Assembly (NCBI RefSeq): GCF_009914755.1
Contig: NC_060928.1
Source: the human T2T-CHM13v2.0 reference genome, Homo sapiens
Strand: one strand, 5' to 3'
DNA: 64,000 nt
The position numbers and the translations under genes were made by a program. Position 1 is the stretch's first letter. The number at the start of each line of letters is the position of its first letter. Below are positions 47,721 to 59,853 of this stretch, piece by piece. Under the pieces are notes generated by a model that ran no database searches, was not told where the DNA came from, and saw nothing but the letters and a program-made list of their open reading frames with translations.

Positions 47721-49707
47721 CTTAACTTGTCTGGACATTACTATTTGTTCTTATTACCCTTCTGTCTTGATGTTTCAAAACACTATTTCTCTATTACTTG
47801 TTCACTCTGTTGTTTATTCAGTTTCTAAAAAACATATTATAATGCTAACTAATGAATTTTTATCAGTGAAATCTATGTACCTGATTAAATGTCCTGTCAG
47901 ACTTTGCCTTGTCCCAATAACCTAGATGGACAGAAATCTGAGGGCCAAATTTATCAGCACACTCTAAAGCTGGCTTGATGTTGAGTTCTTGTTCTTACTT
48001 GGCTCTACAGGGACTTTGGACTGAGCACCTCACACAGACTTTCTGCCTGGTGTTTGTAGTATGAGACTGCATTTAGTTCCTACTAGCTGGTACTTCAAAG
48101 CAATTTTCTCCAAGCAATCCTATCAATATATATAATGTGAATTACATCCATTAGAGATTTCCATTACCAAGAGAGGAAAAAAATGAGATAGTATTTCAAA
48201 ACAAAAAATATATTAATGGCATATCTTCATAAATTGTTATTTGCTTTCTTTTTCCTCTGCATTTGGCACCAATTCAAAGTAGGCATAGCATCAGGAATAT
48301 AAATATAAGCACATATAAGCATTATTACTAATAAAACTGGATTGAAGATGCATCTTGGATCGGTAGCACATGGGATCCCTGATACTTTCCCTCAGAGTAG
48401 AAATCATCTAACTCAAACTGAAGGTGAACCCTGTGCAGGGAAAAAGTCTGTCCCAATAAACTTACTGCAAGATGAGGAAGAGGATGCACCTGTTGGAAAC
48501 TTCACTACAAGGGAGAAGAGAAGGCCGCATGGAAATATCTCCCTTAATGTCTTAACTCTAGCCAATAGATGCACATGGGCCAGTGCTTTCCAGACTCCCC
48601 CTGTAATGCATAATGCATAATATTGAAAACAGAGAGAAAGGAGTATATTATGTGCCTAATCCTTGCCCCAGGGCCGATGTTTCTATTCTGTTGGCTTTGA
48701 GAAATTGTGGGGAGAAGAAAGTGATTAACCTCTGTATTTGTGATGTGATAGTATAAGTCAATACATTATAGAGGTCCCTGTAATGTGATCAAAAGTGGAA
48801 GAAAATTATATCTTCTTTACCAACAGTGAGAATACAGTACATATTGTAATATTTCACATTTGCGGTATCCTACAAAGCAATTTTCTGTGTGGCTATTTAG
48901 ACTTTCGTTCTTGATTTTATTTTATTATCAGGAACATCAGCTGAAACTTGTACTGGCTTAATTGGATGCCACTTTTTGTTATCATTTATTTCCCTCTCCC
49001 TTCCTACTGTGGTAGCACTTTTTTTATTTCTTCCAGAATTGCTATAGCATGTTTCCAAGGGGTGTTGTAGGATGTAGTCTGGATTTATTGATGGGTCTAG
49101 TGGGCCCTGACAAAAAGGACAGGTGGCCTCTACCTCATACTCAGGGGGTATCTTTGGGTCTCTAAAGATCATTCACATATAGGCAATTTCAAACTTAGAT
49201 TCTAGTGGCTCTGTGATTTTTATACTAGAGCTGAATTTTTAACCTGGACGCGAAGACCTGAAGTGGTCTATGAATGAGTTTTGGGAGGATTTAATGAGTC
49301 TCCTCAAATACATTGGAAATATTGTGCTTATTTGCATATGTACACATCTATGGTAAAAGAAGTCTACCTTTTTAAACAGACTTTTAAAAGAAAATTTTAT
49401 CTAAAATGTTAGAAATCACTGCTGTAGAGATTTAACTTGCTTATCCATTCTCTACCTCAAGTAAGAAGAGAGACTGCTACAAAAAAGTTCCCCCAAATTA
49501 TATTCTGGAGCCTTTGTTGAATAATGGGGATGAGCTAGTGGATATTCACAACCTGGCAGTACTGATTTATACCAAGGTCCTTAATTTTTAAGTTCTTCAT
49601 TTTGTTTTTTGCTATATCGAAGAATATAACAAAAGCATTCACGTAAATATGCCTTCCCATTCTAATGTATTCTCTCCTTTTGTCCATCAAATAGTAATGG
49701 CATGCTC

Positions 49708-50390
49708 TGCATTAGTGTTCCATGCTGCATAACAAATTACCACAAATTTGGTGGCTTAAAACAATACAAACATATTTCTCAGGGGCTGTTGTCAGGAGTC
49801 CAAGCACGGTTTAGCTGGATGCCCTGCTTAAGATCTCATGTAGCTGCAATCTAGGTGTTTGCTGGTTGTATTGCTTCTGAAACTGAGGGTTCTCTTCCCA
49901 GCTCATGGTCATTGGCAGAATTAAATTTCTTGTTCTGGTCGGACTAAGGACTCCTTTTTCTTGTTGGCAATTAGCCAGAGACCACTTTCAACAACCTGAG
50001 GCTGCTCTCAAATCCTTGCCATGTGGCTGTCTCTATAGGCAGTTTACAACATGGCTGTTTGCTTCTTCAAAGTCAGTAGGTGAGCATCTCTCTGGCTTCA
50101 AATCTCTCCCTTCAGAGGAGGCCTGAATGCACTTCAAAAGTCTCATATGAGTAGGTCAGGCCCATCCAGGATAATCCCTCTTTTGACTAACTCCGAGTCA
50201 ATTTCCTAGGGACTTTAATAAGCACCTCTGCAGAATCTCTTTACCTTTGCTATAGAGTGTAGCCTAATCACAGGAGTAATAGCACATCTATTAAGAAGTT
50301 CCAGTCACAGTCAAGGGGAGGAGATTATATAGAACATGTACAATAGGGGGTGGGATTCTTGGGGTCCATCCTAGAATTCTGCCTTCCAGA
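49708..50390 (-). mobile_element. MaLR LTR (MLT1E/F-like)
   Basis: Begins tgcattagt...taacaaattaccacaaatttggtggcttaaaacaa and ends ccatcctagaattctgccttccaga, typical MLT1 termini. Confidence 0.8.
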
Positions 50391-52760
50391 GTGTCTAAGA
50401 TGCCTTGTTTGGCAAGCAGAATCTTGTCCTTGGCACTTCTCAAAAAGGACTAGGTTTAATAACGGCTAAAACCCAGTTTTGGGGGGCAGTTCAGTGTCTG
50501 AGAATCAGTGTTGTTTTCTTTTTCCACATAAGTAATATTGAAAATATAATTTTTGACTTCTAAAAAAAGTAGTCGTTTTGCTACCAATCCCACGTTCATA
50601 GTCTGGCCCTTCATCTTTACATTTTCCAGCTACCTATGATGATGATGCTATATACCTACTGTGTCATTGTTTAGAAAGTGCTTAAAAAAGTCAGCTTATT
50701 AACATGAAGAGATTTTCAAAAATAGTATGAGGTAAAAAACAGCTTGCAAAGTTATGTATACTATAAGTCCATTTTTATTACCACTTCAGGTAGGTAGGTA
50801 GAAAACAAAAATGGAAGGAAGGAAAGAAGGAAGAAAGGAAGAGAGGAAGATGGGAGGAAGGAAAAGAAGATACTAATAGCAGTTGGGTGGGTTTTGTTTT
50901 GTTTTGTTTTGTTTTGCTTAACTTTACTTAAAATTTTTTTCTTCATCGAAATTGCTCGTGTAATTAAAACATATAATTGTTAAGTGAAGAACATGAAAGC
51001 TTGCTCCTGAAGGGTAAGAGAGAATAATGAGCATTTTTCATGCAATACAACTACCTTGGTTTCCAGAGATACATATAATGTACCATAAATGCTGATTCTG
51101 TACCTTTTAGTTTTAGAACAGAAGATTAACATATATTATGACTTTTGTTGCTGTTAATTGGAGAATTGGGATAAAAATAAAATGATATTCAGTGAAGTCA
51201 GGTAATGTGGCTCACGGAGGAAGGAAAAATCAAATGCACAAATATAGAATAAGGGAATGCCAAACTGGGAATGTTACCACAGGGAAAGATCTAGTGGTTA
51301 TAAGCAGTGGGTAATAAATTAGGTATGAGTCAATAATACAGTGTTATAAAAAAAGTAAGTGTGGTAGAAAACTGAGTTGTATTCACAGAATACTGCACCT
51401 AAAATGAGTCAGAGCTTTATAGAGTAGAAAGAAGCAATCAATAAAATACATTTTAAAAAGTGCCAAGGAAAAACAGAAGAAGATTAGGTGATTATGGCTC
51501 AAATTAACAACATTGTAATTAATGTGCCTGGACCAAAACATATTAGCATTTAAGATTAGAAAGTTACAGACTGAAACAATTAAAATGTTGAAGATAATGA
51601 GAAATCTTTCAGTTCTTAAATGCATGACAGGTTAAAAATTTATAACTTGTAGTCTAACATTAAGGAGACTAAAAATACTAAAAAGGAGACTTAAAAAAGA
51701 GACTGAAAATAGACTGCTGTCTCTTTAAAAGCAGCTTACTTCCATTTTGAGTATATAATATATGCCCCCATTTAACATAAATTATATAAAAACTAAAAAG
51801 TGCTCATCCTAAACAAATTTTGGGTCATGATTATCTAAAGCATTGAAAGTATATAATTTTGTACTTTAAATTTACAATTTCATGAGAATATATTTTAATA
51901 TTTAGAATATAAACTATAATTTCATACCAAACAGATCTAGATGGAAGAGTTTATATTTCGCTTGAGAGAATTGTGCTAAAGTAAAAAACTACCACTATTT
52001 AGAAATGTTCTATTAGTAGGCAATCTAACCTGCTAAAAAAATCTATAGTTGCATAGGTAAAGCATTACCTATTATTTATAAAAATTATAAAAGATGATTA
52101 CCAACCACTAATGCAGGCTCTTACAGATGTTTCAGATGTATTATAGTACGTTACATTCCCGAATACTTTTGCAAACCAAATCTTCCATTCTGTTCCTGTG
52201 GATTTATTCAATGTTTTCACTTTCTACACAGCAAAACAACACCATCTACAATATACTAGAAACTCCAGTCCCTCTCCGCAAGAATACACTCTGTACATAC
52301 TTGCTAGAACAAGAGTTTGGTCTCTAAAGCATTATGAGAAATGGACCAAGCACAGGATTTGAAGTTAGAAGATATTGGTCATAGCAGCACCAATTAGCTC
52401 TATAATTAAAAATATGTTTCTTCTGTAAGACATAACTCATAAGGTTGTTGAGGACAAAGCACATTTAACATATAACTGCCATGCGCTCTGTAAAAGGTGT
52501 TTATTATTGCTACCACTCCATTGCTAAAGAATTTATAGTACTTTTAATTTTCTTCTTTACTTAAAAAAATTATGTAATAATTTGACCATGTTCATCAATC
52601 TCTTGTATGTATCTTTTATGATACAAGATGATGTCTTGTATGATATCCATGCCCTTCAATAAATATTTGAATATTCCTACTAATTTTCAGGTCAAATCAA
52701 TAAATATTTGAATTCCTACTTTGTACCATAATGTGGTCAATGGAGAAAAGTTTAAATGTG

Positions 52761-53116
52761 TGTCTTAGTGCATTTGGGCTGCTGTAACAAAACACCATAA
52801 ACTGGTTGGCTTATAAACAACAGAAATTTATTTCTCACAGTTGTGGAGGCTGGAAGTCCAAGATCAAGGCACCAGTTTATGTGGTGTTTGCTGAGGGGCA
52901 ACTTTCTGGTTCATAGATGGCACCTTCTCATTGGGCCCTCACATGGTGGAAGGGGTGAAGAGTCTCTTTTGGGCTTCTTTTAAAGAGAAACCAATCCCAT
53001 TCAGGAAGTTGAAGGCTAATCACCTCCCCAAGGCCTTACCTCTTAATAGCATTACCTTGTGGATTAGGCTTTCAACACATAAACTTTGAGGGGAAACAAA
53101 CATTCAGTCCATAGCA
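52761..53116 (-). mobile_element. Solo MaLR LTR (MST/MLT1A-like), full length
   Basis: tgtcttagt...gctgctgtaacaaaacaccataaactgg...aaacattcagtccatagca, with a perfect 5-bp TSD ATGTG on both sides. Confidence 0.9.
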
Positions 53117-53998
53117 ATGTGGTTCTTTCCTTGGGGAGCAGCTCATATTAGTTGATAAATCAATATCCCAATCAATTGAATCAAAGTTTCACCAAAAGTT
53201 AAATAACAGTTTAATATTTAAATAACAACTTCAGCTACAGCTATAGTCTCCTTTCCACACTACGCATTCTCTTTCTCTGCTTAATGAAGTAATGAAGTCA
53301 TCTTATTTCTCATAGTTTCCCTTACCTATTGAATCTCAAGTTTGAGAGTTAATCTGCTTGTCTTTTCCTATATGTTGTTTTCATGTATTCATCTCCGTAC
53401 CTTCAAATATGACATATTCACGCCTTTTGTCAGCTTTGTCATTTATGAAAGATAACTTATTTCAAAATTCAGCTCACCATTAGCTGATGTATCATCTGTG
53501 TGTAGAGTTGTTGCTGTTTTGGTGTGTTTTGTTTTGTTCACTGGCATTTTCTTTTCCTAGCTGAGTTGTAAGTTGTCCAATAAAATAATAACCAGCACTT
53601 AGTAGGTACTTGAAAAATTTTCATTAAATAAATGAATGGGAATAAATATTGCTTAAATAAATGAATGGGAATAAACTAAGCCAGTTGCTTAATTTTATGC
53701 CATAACTAAACATTTTTATTATCAATCTTATGATTTTGTTGGAAGAATAAAGACTTATTTTGGGGCTTCTTACGCACTTAATAATTATAAATTGTTCTTT
53801 TGAGGTCAGAGAAAAATTCTTTTGACTGAAATATTGTATTATTCTAGGCCATAAAATAATTTTTAAATTATAAATTTAATACATTGTCATTATAAAGGTT
53901 TGGGAAATAAAGAAGGGAACAAGGAAGTAAAAATGAAAATCAGCTATAATTGTACCATTCAAAGAAACAATAATATTAGACTTATATCGTACATCTAA

Positions 53999-54388
<390 letters not shown>

Positions 54389-54877
54389 TGCACCGTTTTT
54401 AATGACTACAAATCTCCTTAGTATGAGGGTCTGGAATTTAACTATTTTTCTCTTGCTAAACTTATAGTGTTATTCCTACTACTCTCCCACTTTTCGCCAT
54501 TCTTATGGGTAATCCAGTAACATTGTTATGCAAAAATTTCTGCCGATGTTTCTGTAGAAGAGATTCTTCAAGCTATTTTGATTCACAAGGAATTAACATT
54601 TTAACATTATTAAAAATCTTTTAATAGAAACTGCCAAGTTGCCTTCAAGCATGGACAATTTATATTCCTCCTAACAGAATAATAGGAATACCTATTTCAC
54701 TCCATTCTCACCTGGGTTATATTTTAGCAAAATACATCCAATAGAAGGAGTTGGACAATGTGACTTTGGCAAAACAAAAAAACTTTAGCATTGCTTCTAA
54801 AAGCTTGGAAACTTTTATGATGTTTCTCTTAATATTCAGGTTCCAATTCCAATAATGTCTTTTGTTTCTTTGTCTAG

Positions 54878-55063
54878 ATTTTCTATGCAGTTCATGCTTT
54901 TCAAGCACGGAGTGACCATGAACTCAGCCTTCAGGAATACCAGAGAGTTCATATACTCAGGTTTTGTGACCTAAGTGGCAATAAAGAGTGGTGGTTAGCT
55001 GAAGCTCAAGGGCAGAAAGGATACGTGCCAGCTAACTACCTTGGAAAGATGACTTATGCTTAA
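54878..55063 (+). CDS. ARHGEF38: ARHGEF38 terminal coding exon (probable exon 14), C-terminal SH3 domain
   Basis: tttctttgtctag|ATTTTC to stop TAA at 55061-55063. IFYAVHAFQARSDHELSLQEYQRVHILRFCDLSGNKEWWLAEAQGQKGYVPANYLGKMTYA* has canonical SH3 ELS, WW and GYVPxNY motifs. Confidence 0.97.
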   Translation: MFYAVHAFQARSDHELSLQEYQRVHILRFCDLSGNKEWWLAEAQGQKGYVPANYLGKMTYA

Positions 55064-55855
55064 GAAAATAAGCCTTCAACTTTTATTTTCCAGCAAGTTG
55101 TTGATTGACTACCTCATAAAACTGACATTACAAAACTTTGGACCAGAAAGCAAGAAACCTCTGAACTACAGAAACTGATACTGTACTGGGTTTTCAGGAA
55201 TACTGTACTTCCTAACAGGATTATTGCATGAATGTATTATAAAGGATACATGTTGAAAGAAATACTAAGCCAACAGAAATAGCAAAGCAAATGACCCAAG
55301 CTTCAACTATCAACTATTTAAAAGTGAAGATCTTTTGAAGGAGTAATTATATTCTTTTATCATCAAGAAAGGTTGGATCCAAAGGTTTTTCAATTTACTT
55401 TTTTTTTTACTGTATGATGTATTTTGCCTTAAATGTTTTTGTTTTTCATATTGCTCTCTTGCAAATGCATACATGTTTATATACATACATATAAACCATA
55501 TATATTATGTAGCTTTATACACGTATGTGGATAATATGAATTATACACCTATATGTATAAATCAGAGTATACACCAAATATACATAAGAAGAATATACCA
55601 CCAACTAGAAGTCTTTGATAATATATTTTGTTAATGTTTCGTTTATATGTTTTGAACTAAAACTGAATAACTTGATATTAACATGTAACATTACTGAATG
55701 CACACTATATGCCAGACATTGTTCTAAGTGCTTTATATGTAGTAACTTGTTTAATATTCAAAACATTATGAAGAAACCATGGCCCAAAAAGGTGAAGTAA
55801 TTTAATCCAAATCACATTGCTATTAAGTGGTGGGCCTGGACTTAAACCTAGGTAG

Positions 55856-55920
55856 TGTAAACCAAAAATAAAATTCTAAGGCTTCCAACCATCTAAATAG
55901 ACTTCCCCTTCAGCCAGGGC
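55856..55920 (+). mobile_element. Terminal ~65 bp of an ERV1 MER4-group LTR, truncated by the retrocopy
   Basis: Begins TGTAAACCAAAAATAAAATTCTAAGgcttccaacc, matching my recollection of the MER4-family LTR start. Stops abruptly at the pseudogene poly(A) tail. Confidence 0.65.
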
Positions 55921-57222
55921 TTTTTTCTTTCTTTTCTTGTTGTTTTTTTTTTTTTTTAAAGAGACAATAAAAGGAGGTTTTTTTATTCAAAGGTATAACT
56001 GGATAAGTAGATTTGTTTACAATCATTCTTGTGAAATACTTTTTTAAAAAAATACGATCAACTTCTTTGCAAATAGTAGACACATACCTCAACAATGATG
56101 ACCTAATTTTTGATCCATAATGTAAGATTAGGTAGAAATAGGCAAGCTCACACTGCTAAATTAACTATCAAATACTCAGTCAAAACTCCATTTGTGGCCC
56201 CCACTTCTTGATCTATTTCTGTTCCACTTCGTCTTCTACCATCTTGCCGACTTTCCTGAGCAACTGCTTTGTCGACTCTCTCTACCTGACCAATTGCCAG
56301 ATCGACAACCTGACTGGCCTGACCAGCCACTCCTCTGTCTGGAATTAAAAGATGTTTCCATCATAATATTCTTTAATTTCAGGTAATTTAGCTGGCACTG
56401 AGAGTATCCAGCCGGAATCATGCCACTTTGCCTGTAACCTTTGACTCAATTGGAGGAATATCAAAGCAAACACCCATATTTCCTTTCAGGAGGCACACTC
56501 TGGTAATCTGAGACACTGCATTACTATTCAGCTTTCTAAGTTCTTTCCAAGCACAGCTGACATCCTGTATTTCCTCTAGGCTTTCCAGAGTCATGGTCAC
56601 AAACCCCTTATCAGAGTTGATTAAAGATCATGGTTCAAAGCTTGATACACCAGAAATGTGGGCTAAAGCTGCAGCCAATGCATCTATCGCCCCTTTCTCT
56701 TCTATCAGTATCTGAGCTGATGGTTGGAAAAAAATCAACAGCAGCATAAGAAATGGAAGCCAGAGACCTTATGGCATCCATGCTTTTAAATTTAACTAAA
56801 TCCATTGTAGAAGGAACACCTACACATTTAAAAGTAATTTGTGTTTTTTGTTCCACATGTCTTAGTTGACCTTTCTCTTGGTTGATAAAAACATATACAA
56901 ACCCCTGTCTGTCCAGCTTTACCCACGCATCCAGAGAGATGGATATAGGACTCAATATCCTGAGGAGGAGAACTTTGAATCACCAGGTCAACTACAGGAA
57001 TGTCCAAACCACGAGGAGCCACATTGGTTGCCACCAAAACTTTATAATTACCTCTCTGAAGCCTTTTAGTGTAATTTCTCTTTGTGACTGTGCAATGTCC
57101 CCATGTAAACACAGTGCATTCTGTTTTGTGCGGATTCATGGCCATGTCAGTTACATTCTTCTTCGTCTCACAGAAAATAATAGCCCTCCCTTCAGATCCA
57201 CTGTAGACTTGAAGGACATCTC
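55921..57222 (-). pseudogene. 5'-truncated processed pseudogene of DDX50 (DEAD-box helicase Gu-beta)
   Basis: Intronless minus-strand remnants: DVLQVYSGSEGRAIIFCETKKN, KVLVATNVAPRGLDIPVVDLVIQSSPPQDIESYIHLSG (motifs V/VI, degenerate), GUCT domain (MTLESLEEIQDVSCAWKEL...GNMGVCFDIP) and RS/G tail (SRQRSGWSG, SRQDGRRRSG). Contains frameshifts and an in-frame TGA. AATAAA on - at 55982-55987 and a poly(A) remnant (T-rich on +) at 55921-55957. Confidence 0.93.
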
Positions 57223-58015
57223 ATTTTCATCTGTGTTTTATAAAGGAGGAAATTGAGGACCTCACATGGAGGGACTGGAATTTAAAACCAGGTCTTCTGA
57301 CTTTAAGGCCTTTCTTTTAGTGTTTTCCCTTTTCTTTTCCTTAAGTCACTAAAATCTGTAGTTATATAATCTTACATAAAGCATATGCAAAATAGAAAAA
57401 TGATAGTCACCACATATCTACTAATGGGATTAAAATGTACAATCCTAAAAGCTTACTTGTTAGCACACTTGCTTATCTGTCCATTCATTCATTGAACCAG
57501 TAAGTATTTATTGAGAGTTAGTGGGAATACAATGCTGTGCAAGACAAACAAGATCCCTCCATTCATACCACTTAAATTCTAGTGGGGAAAACATCTGCAC
57601 ATAATAAACTAAATAAAATGATCATAAAATAATAAATGCTATTTATATAAAACTGGCTACTTTCATTACTGCTCAGTTAAAGGGTCTTGTAGCTCATTTT
57701 ATGACATGAAAAAAATCAAGGTCTAAAAGCTCCTTGAGACAATTTAAACTCTAATACCAAATATACCTCTATAAAATACCAAACTGAGCTAAATACGGTA
57801 TATGTGTACTTATACATATGTACATAACCTAAATATACGTGTGCACACATTATCTATACAAAGAGCCATACTCAGTGAAAGATAAATTACCTCCTAAAGT
57901 CCCCTCTGAGGTACAACAGAAATTAAAATAATTGCTTCTCTTCTCAACTCTATGTAGCACGTATTTTCCATGATGGGATAAATGTTTTCATTTCAAGTGC
58001 CAATGTGTGAACTGT

Positions 58016-58021
58016 AATAAA
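58016..58021 (+). terminator. Distal polyadenylation signal of ARHGEF38
   Basis: actgtAATAAAcactactgctttcattttttgt: hexamer with an upstream UGUA and a downstream U-rich element. Confidence 0.7.
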
Positions 58022-58769
58022 CACTACTGCTTTCATTTTTTGTAGGTATGGAGGTTACATTAACTGTTATAGTTGCGGAGCTGAGTTTTTATGTCAGGTA
58101 ATTTTGTTTAGTCCAAACTGGTTTTGAACTATAAACAATTATGGATATGTATTTTTTGGTTTCTTTGACCCCAAAGGGAAATTGGGGTTTATGTCAAATT
58201 GATGTTTTATCAAAATAAATCTGTTTCTCAAAGCAAAAGTCTCTGTAGGATTGAGATAATTCATTATTTACATATAGGGTAAACAGACATTTACTGCCTA
58301 TTGAGATCATAATTGAGATAATGGATTATCTCAATCCTGGATTCTAATTTACTACAAATAATTTAGCACCATTATTTAACAGAGCAGTTTAAAATAATAA
58401 TCTTTCCTTAAAAAAAAAAAGACCAAGCTTAATTTTAAAAGCTTTGTGTTTACAGAGATCACCTATCAATATACTTTAGAATAATGATGTTAGAAAAACC
58501 TAGGGATTAAGGAAGACAGTTTGAGATTAGAGATTTGTAGAGTGAAGATTTAGTAGCACAAATCAAGTTTGATGGAACAGGCTGTTCATAGTCTTGTGAA
58601 TGTGTGAATTTGTTGGATATCCAGTTTTTTTGCTGTGAATAATAAACTGTTTCTCTGATGCAGAGGGCTTCCTATCTTCTCTCAGAATATACATGTACAA
58701 CAATTGCTGGTTAATTTGTTAGCTTGCAAGTAAGACAACAACGCAGACCTTCCACATTTTCTGACTTAA

Positions 58770-58896
58770 CCCACTTATGCCTAGTGTTCCATTATTGCAA
58801 TGCTCGGCTTATAGAGTTATTTATATCCTACTGTTCAAGGTCATCATCAGGTCTGATTTTTCACCAAAAAAATTTGCAACCTCTGGCATAAATGGG
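58770..58896 (+). mobile_element. MER85 piggyBac-family MITE (non-autonomous PGBD3 derivative)
   Basis: TTAA TSDs at 58766-58769 and 58897-58900. TIRs CCCACTTATGCC / GGCATAAATGGG (11/12 match). The internal GTTCCATTATTGCAAT resembles the MER85 16-bp palindrome GTTCCATTATTGGAAC. Confidence 0.92.
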
Positions 58897-59763
58897 TTAA
58901 CAATGTACAAAACAATCTCAAGAATTAATCATTATATAGGAGCTTATTGTATACAAAGTTAGCTAAAATTAGGTAAAGTGCTATAACATTTTGAGCACTA
59001 AGTAAGATAGCCTTTTCTTTCATGGTATAGGAAGAAGCCATCAGTGTGTGAACAAGTCATATATTTCCATCTGCAAAGACCTTTGTGAAATGGTATTTTT
59101 CTTCAAAACTTATCAGGAATGTGCATAACCAAGATGAATCAAAATTCAACATTTATTACGTACTATGTGCATGTATTACATTGGCAATGTAGGAAAAGTG
59201 AGCAATGTGAGAAAAAATATTGTATTAAGCACCAGGAGAGTTCACAATTTATTGGAAAAAGATATACCCTTAAATAATTGAAATGAGGTGATAAAAAAGG
59301 TAAAGATATAATATGAAGTATGATAAATCAATTAGGAAAATCCATTGATATGAGAAATCAATAATGAAAAAATAATTTTGAAAAAGATGAAATAATTGGG
59401 AGGGAGAGGGAGAGTCAGTTGAAATGGGGCTAGCACAGAAAATGAACACCCAGAATACGGGGAGGAAAATAGAAAACTATGTTGGGTCGTCCCTGCCGCC
59501 ACATAAGGCACCTCATTCATCAGGATCAACTCTTGGGGCTTTGCTAGAAGATGAACTATTTCTTTTTCCTTAAATTCACAGATGCTTTCAATCTTCTGAA
59601 GATCTCATTGAGAACCAGTCATTCTAATCATTGTTTTCACACACTATGGAAATCATTAGAATAAAAATGTTGAAGATTGATTTAAAATGAAAGTTTCCAA
59701 GTTTTGTTATATAATATTTAGCATTTTAAGGTAAGAAACAATAGAAATTTGATTATGAAGACT

Positions 59764-59769
59764 TTTATT
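59764..59769 (-). terminator. INTS12 polyadenylation signal
   Basis: TTTATT on + (AATAAA on -), ~85 nt after the INTS12 stop, implying a short 3' UTR. Confidence 0.75.
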
Positions 59770-59853
59770 AAATTACAGTGTATTACAGATTATATCATAA
59801 TAATAAGCCTTTCATCTTTAGGCTAATATGATACAAAAACCTACTTGGCCACA

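Larger units (their letters stand above)
55064..58040 (+). other. ARHGEF38: ARHGEF38 3' UTR (long form, approximate end)
   Basis: Follows the stop codon. AATAAA at 58016-58021 is preceded by UGUA and followed by a U/GU-rich tract (tttcattttttgt). The end position is inferred. Confidence 0.7.

Noticed and set aside
56148-57256. Several helicase-like ORFs suggesting an active DEAD-box gene
   Set aside because: They are fragments in different frames with frameshifts, a stop, a degenerate motif VI, no N-terminal half and a poly(A) tail, so this is a processed pseudogene.
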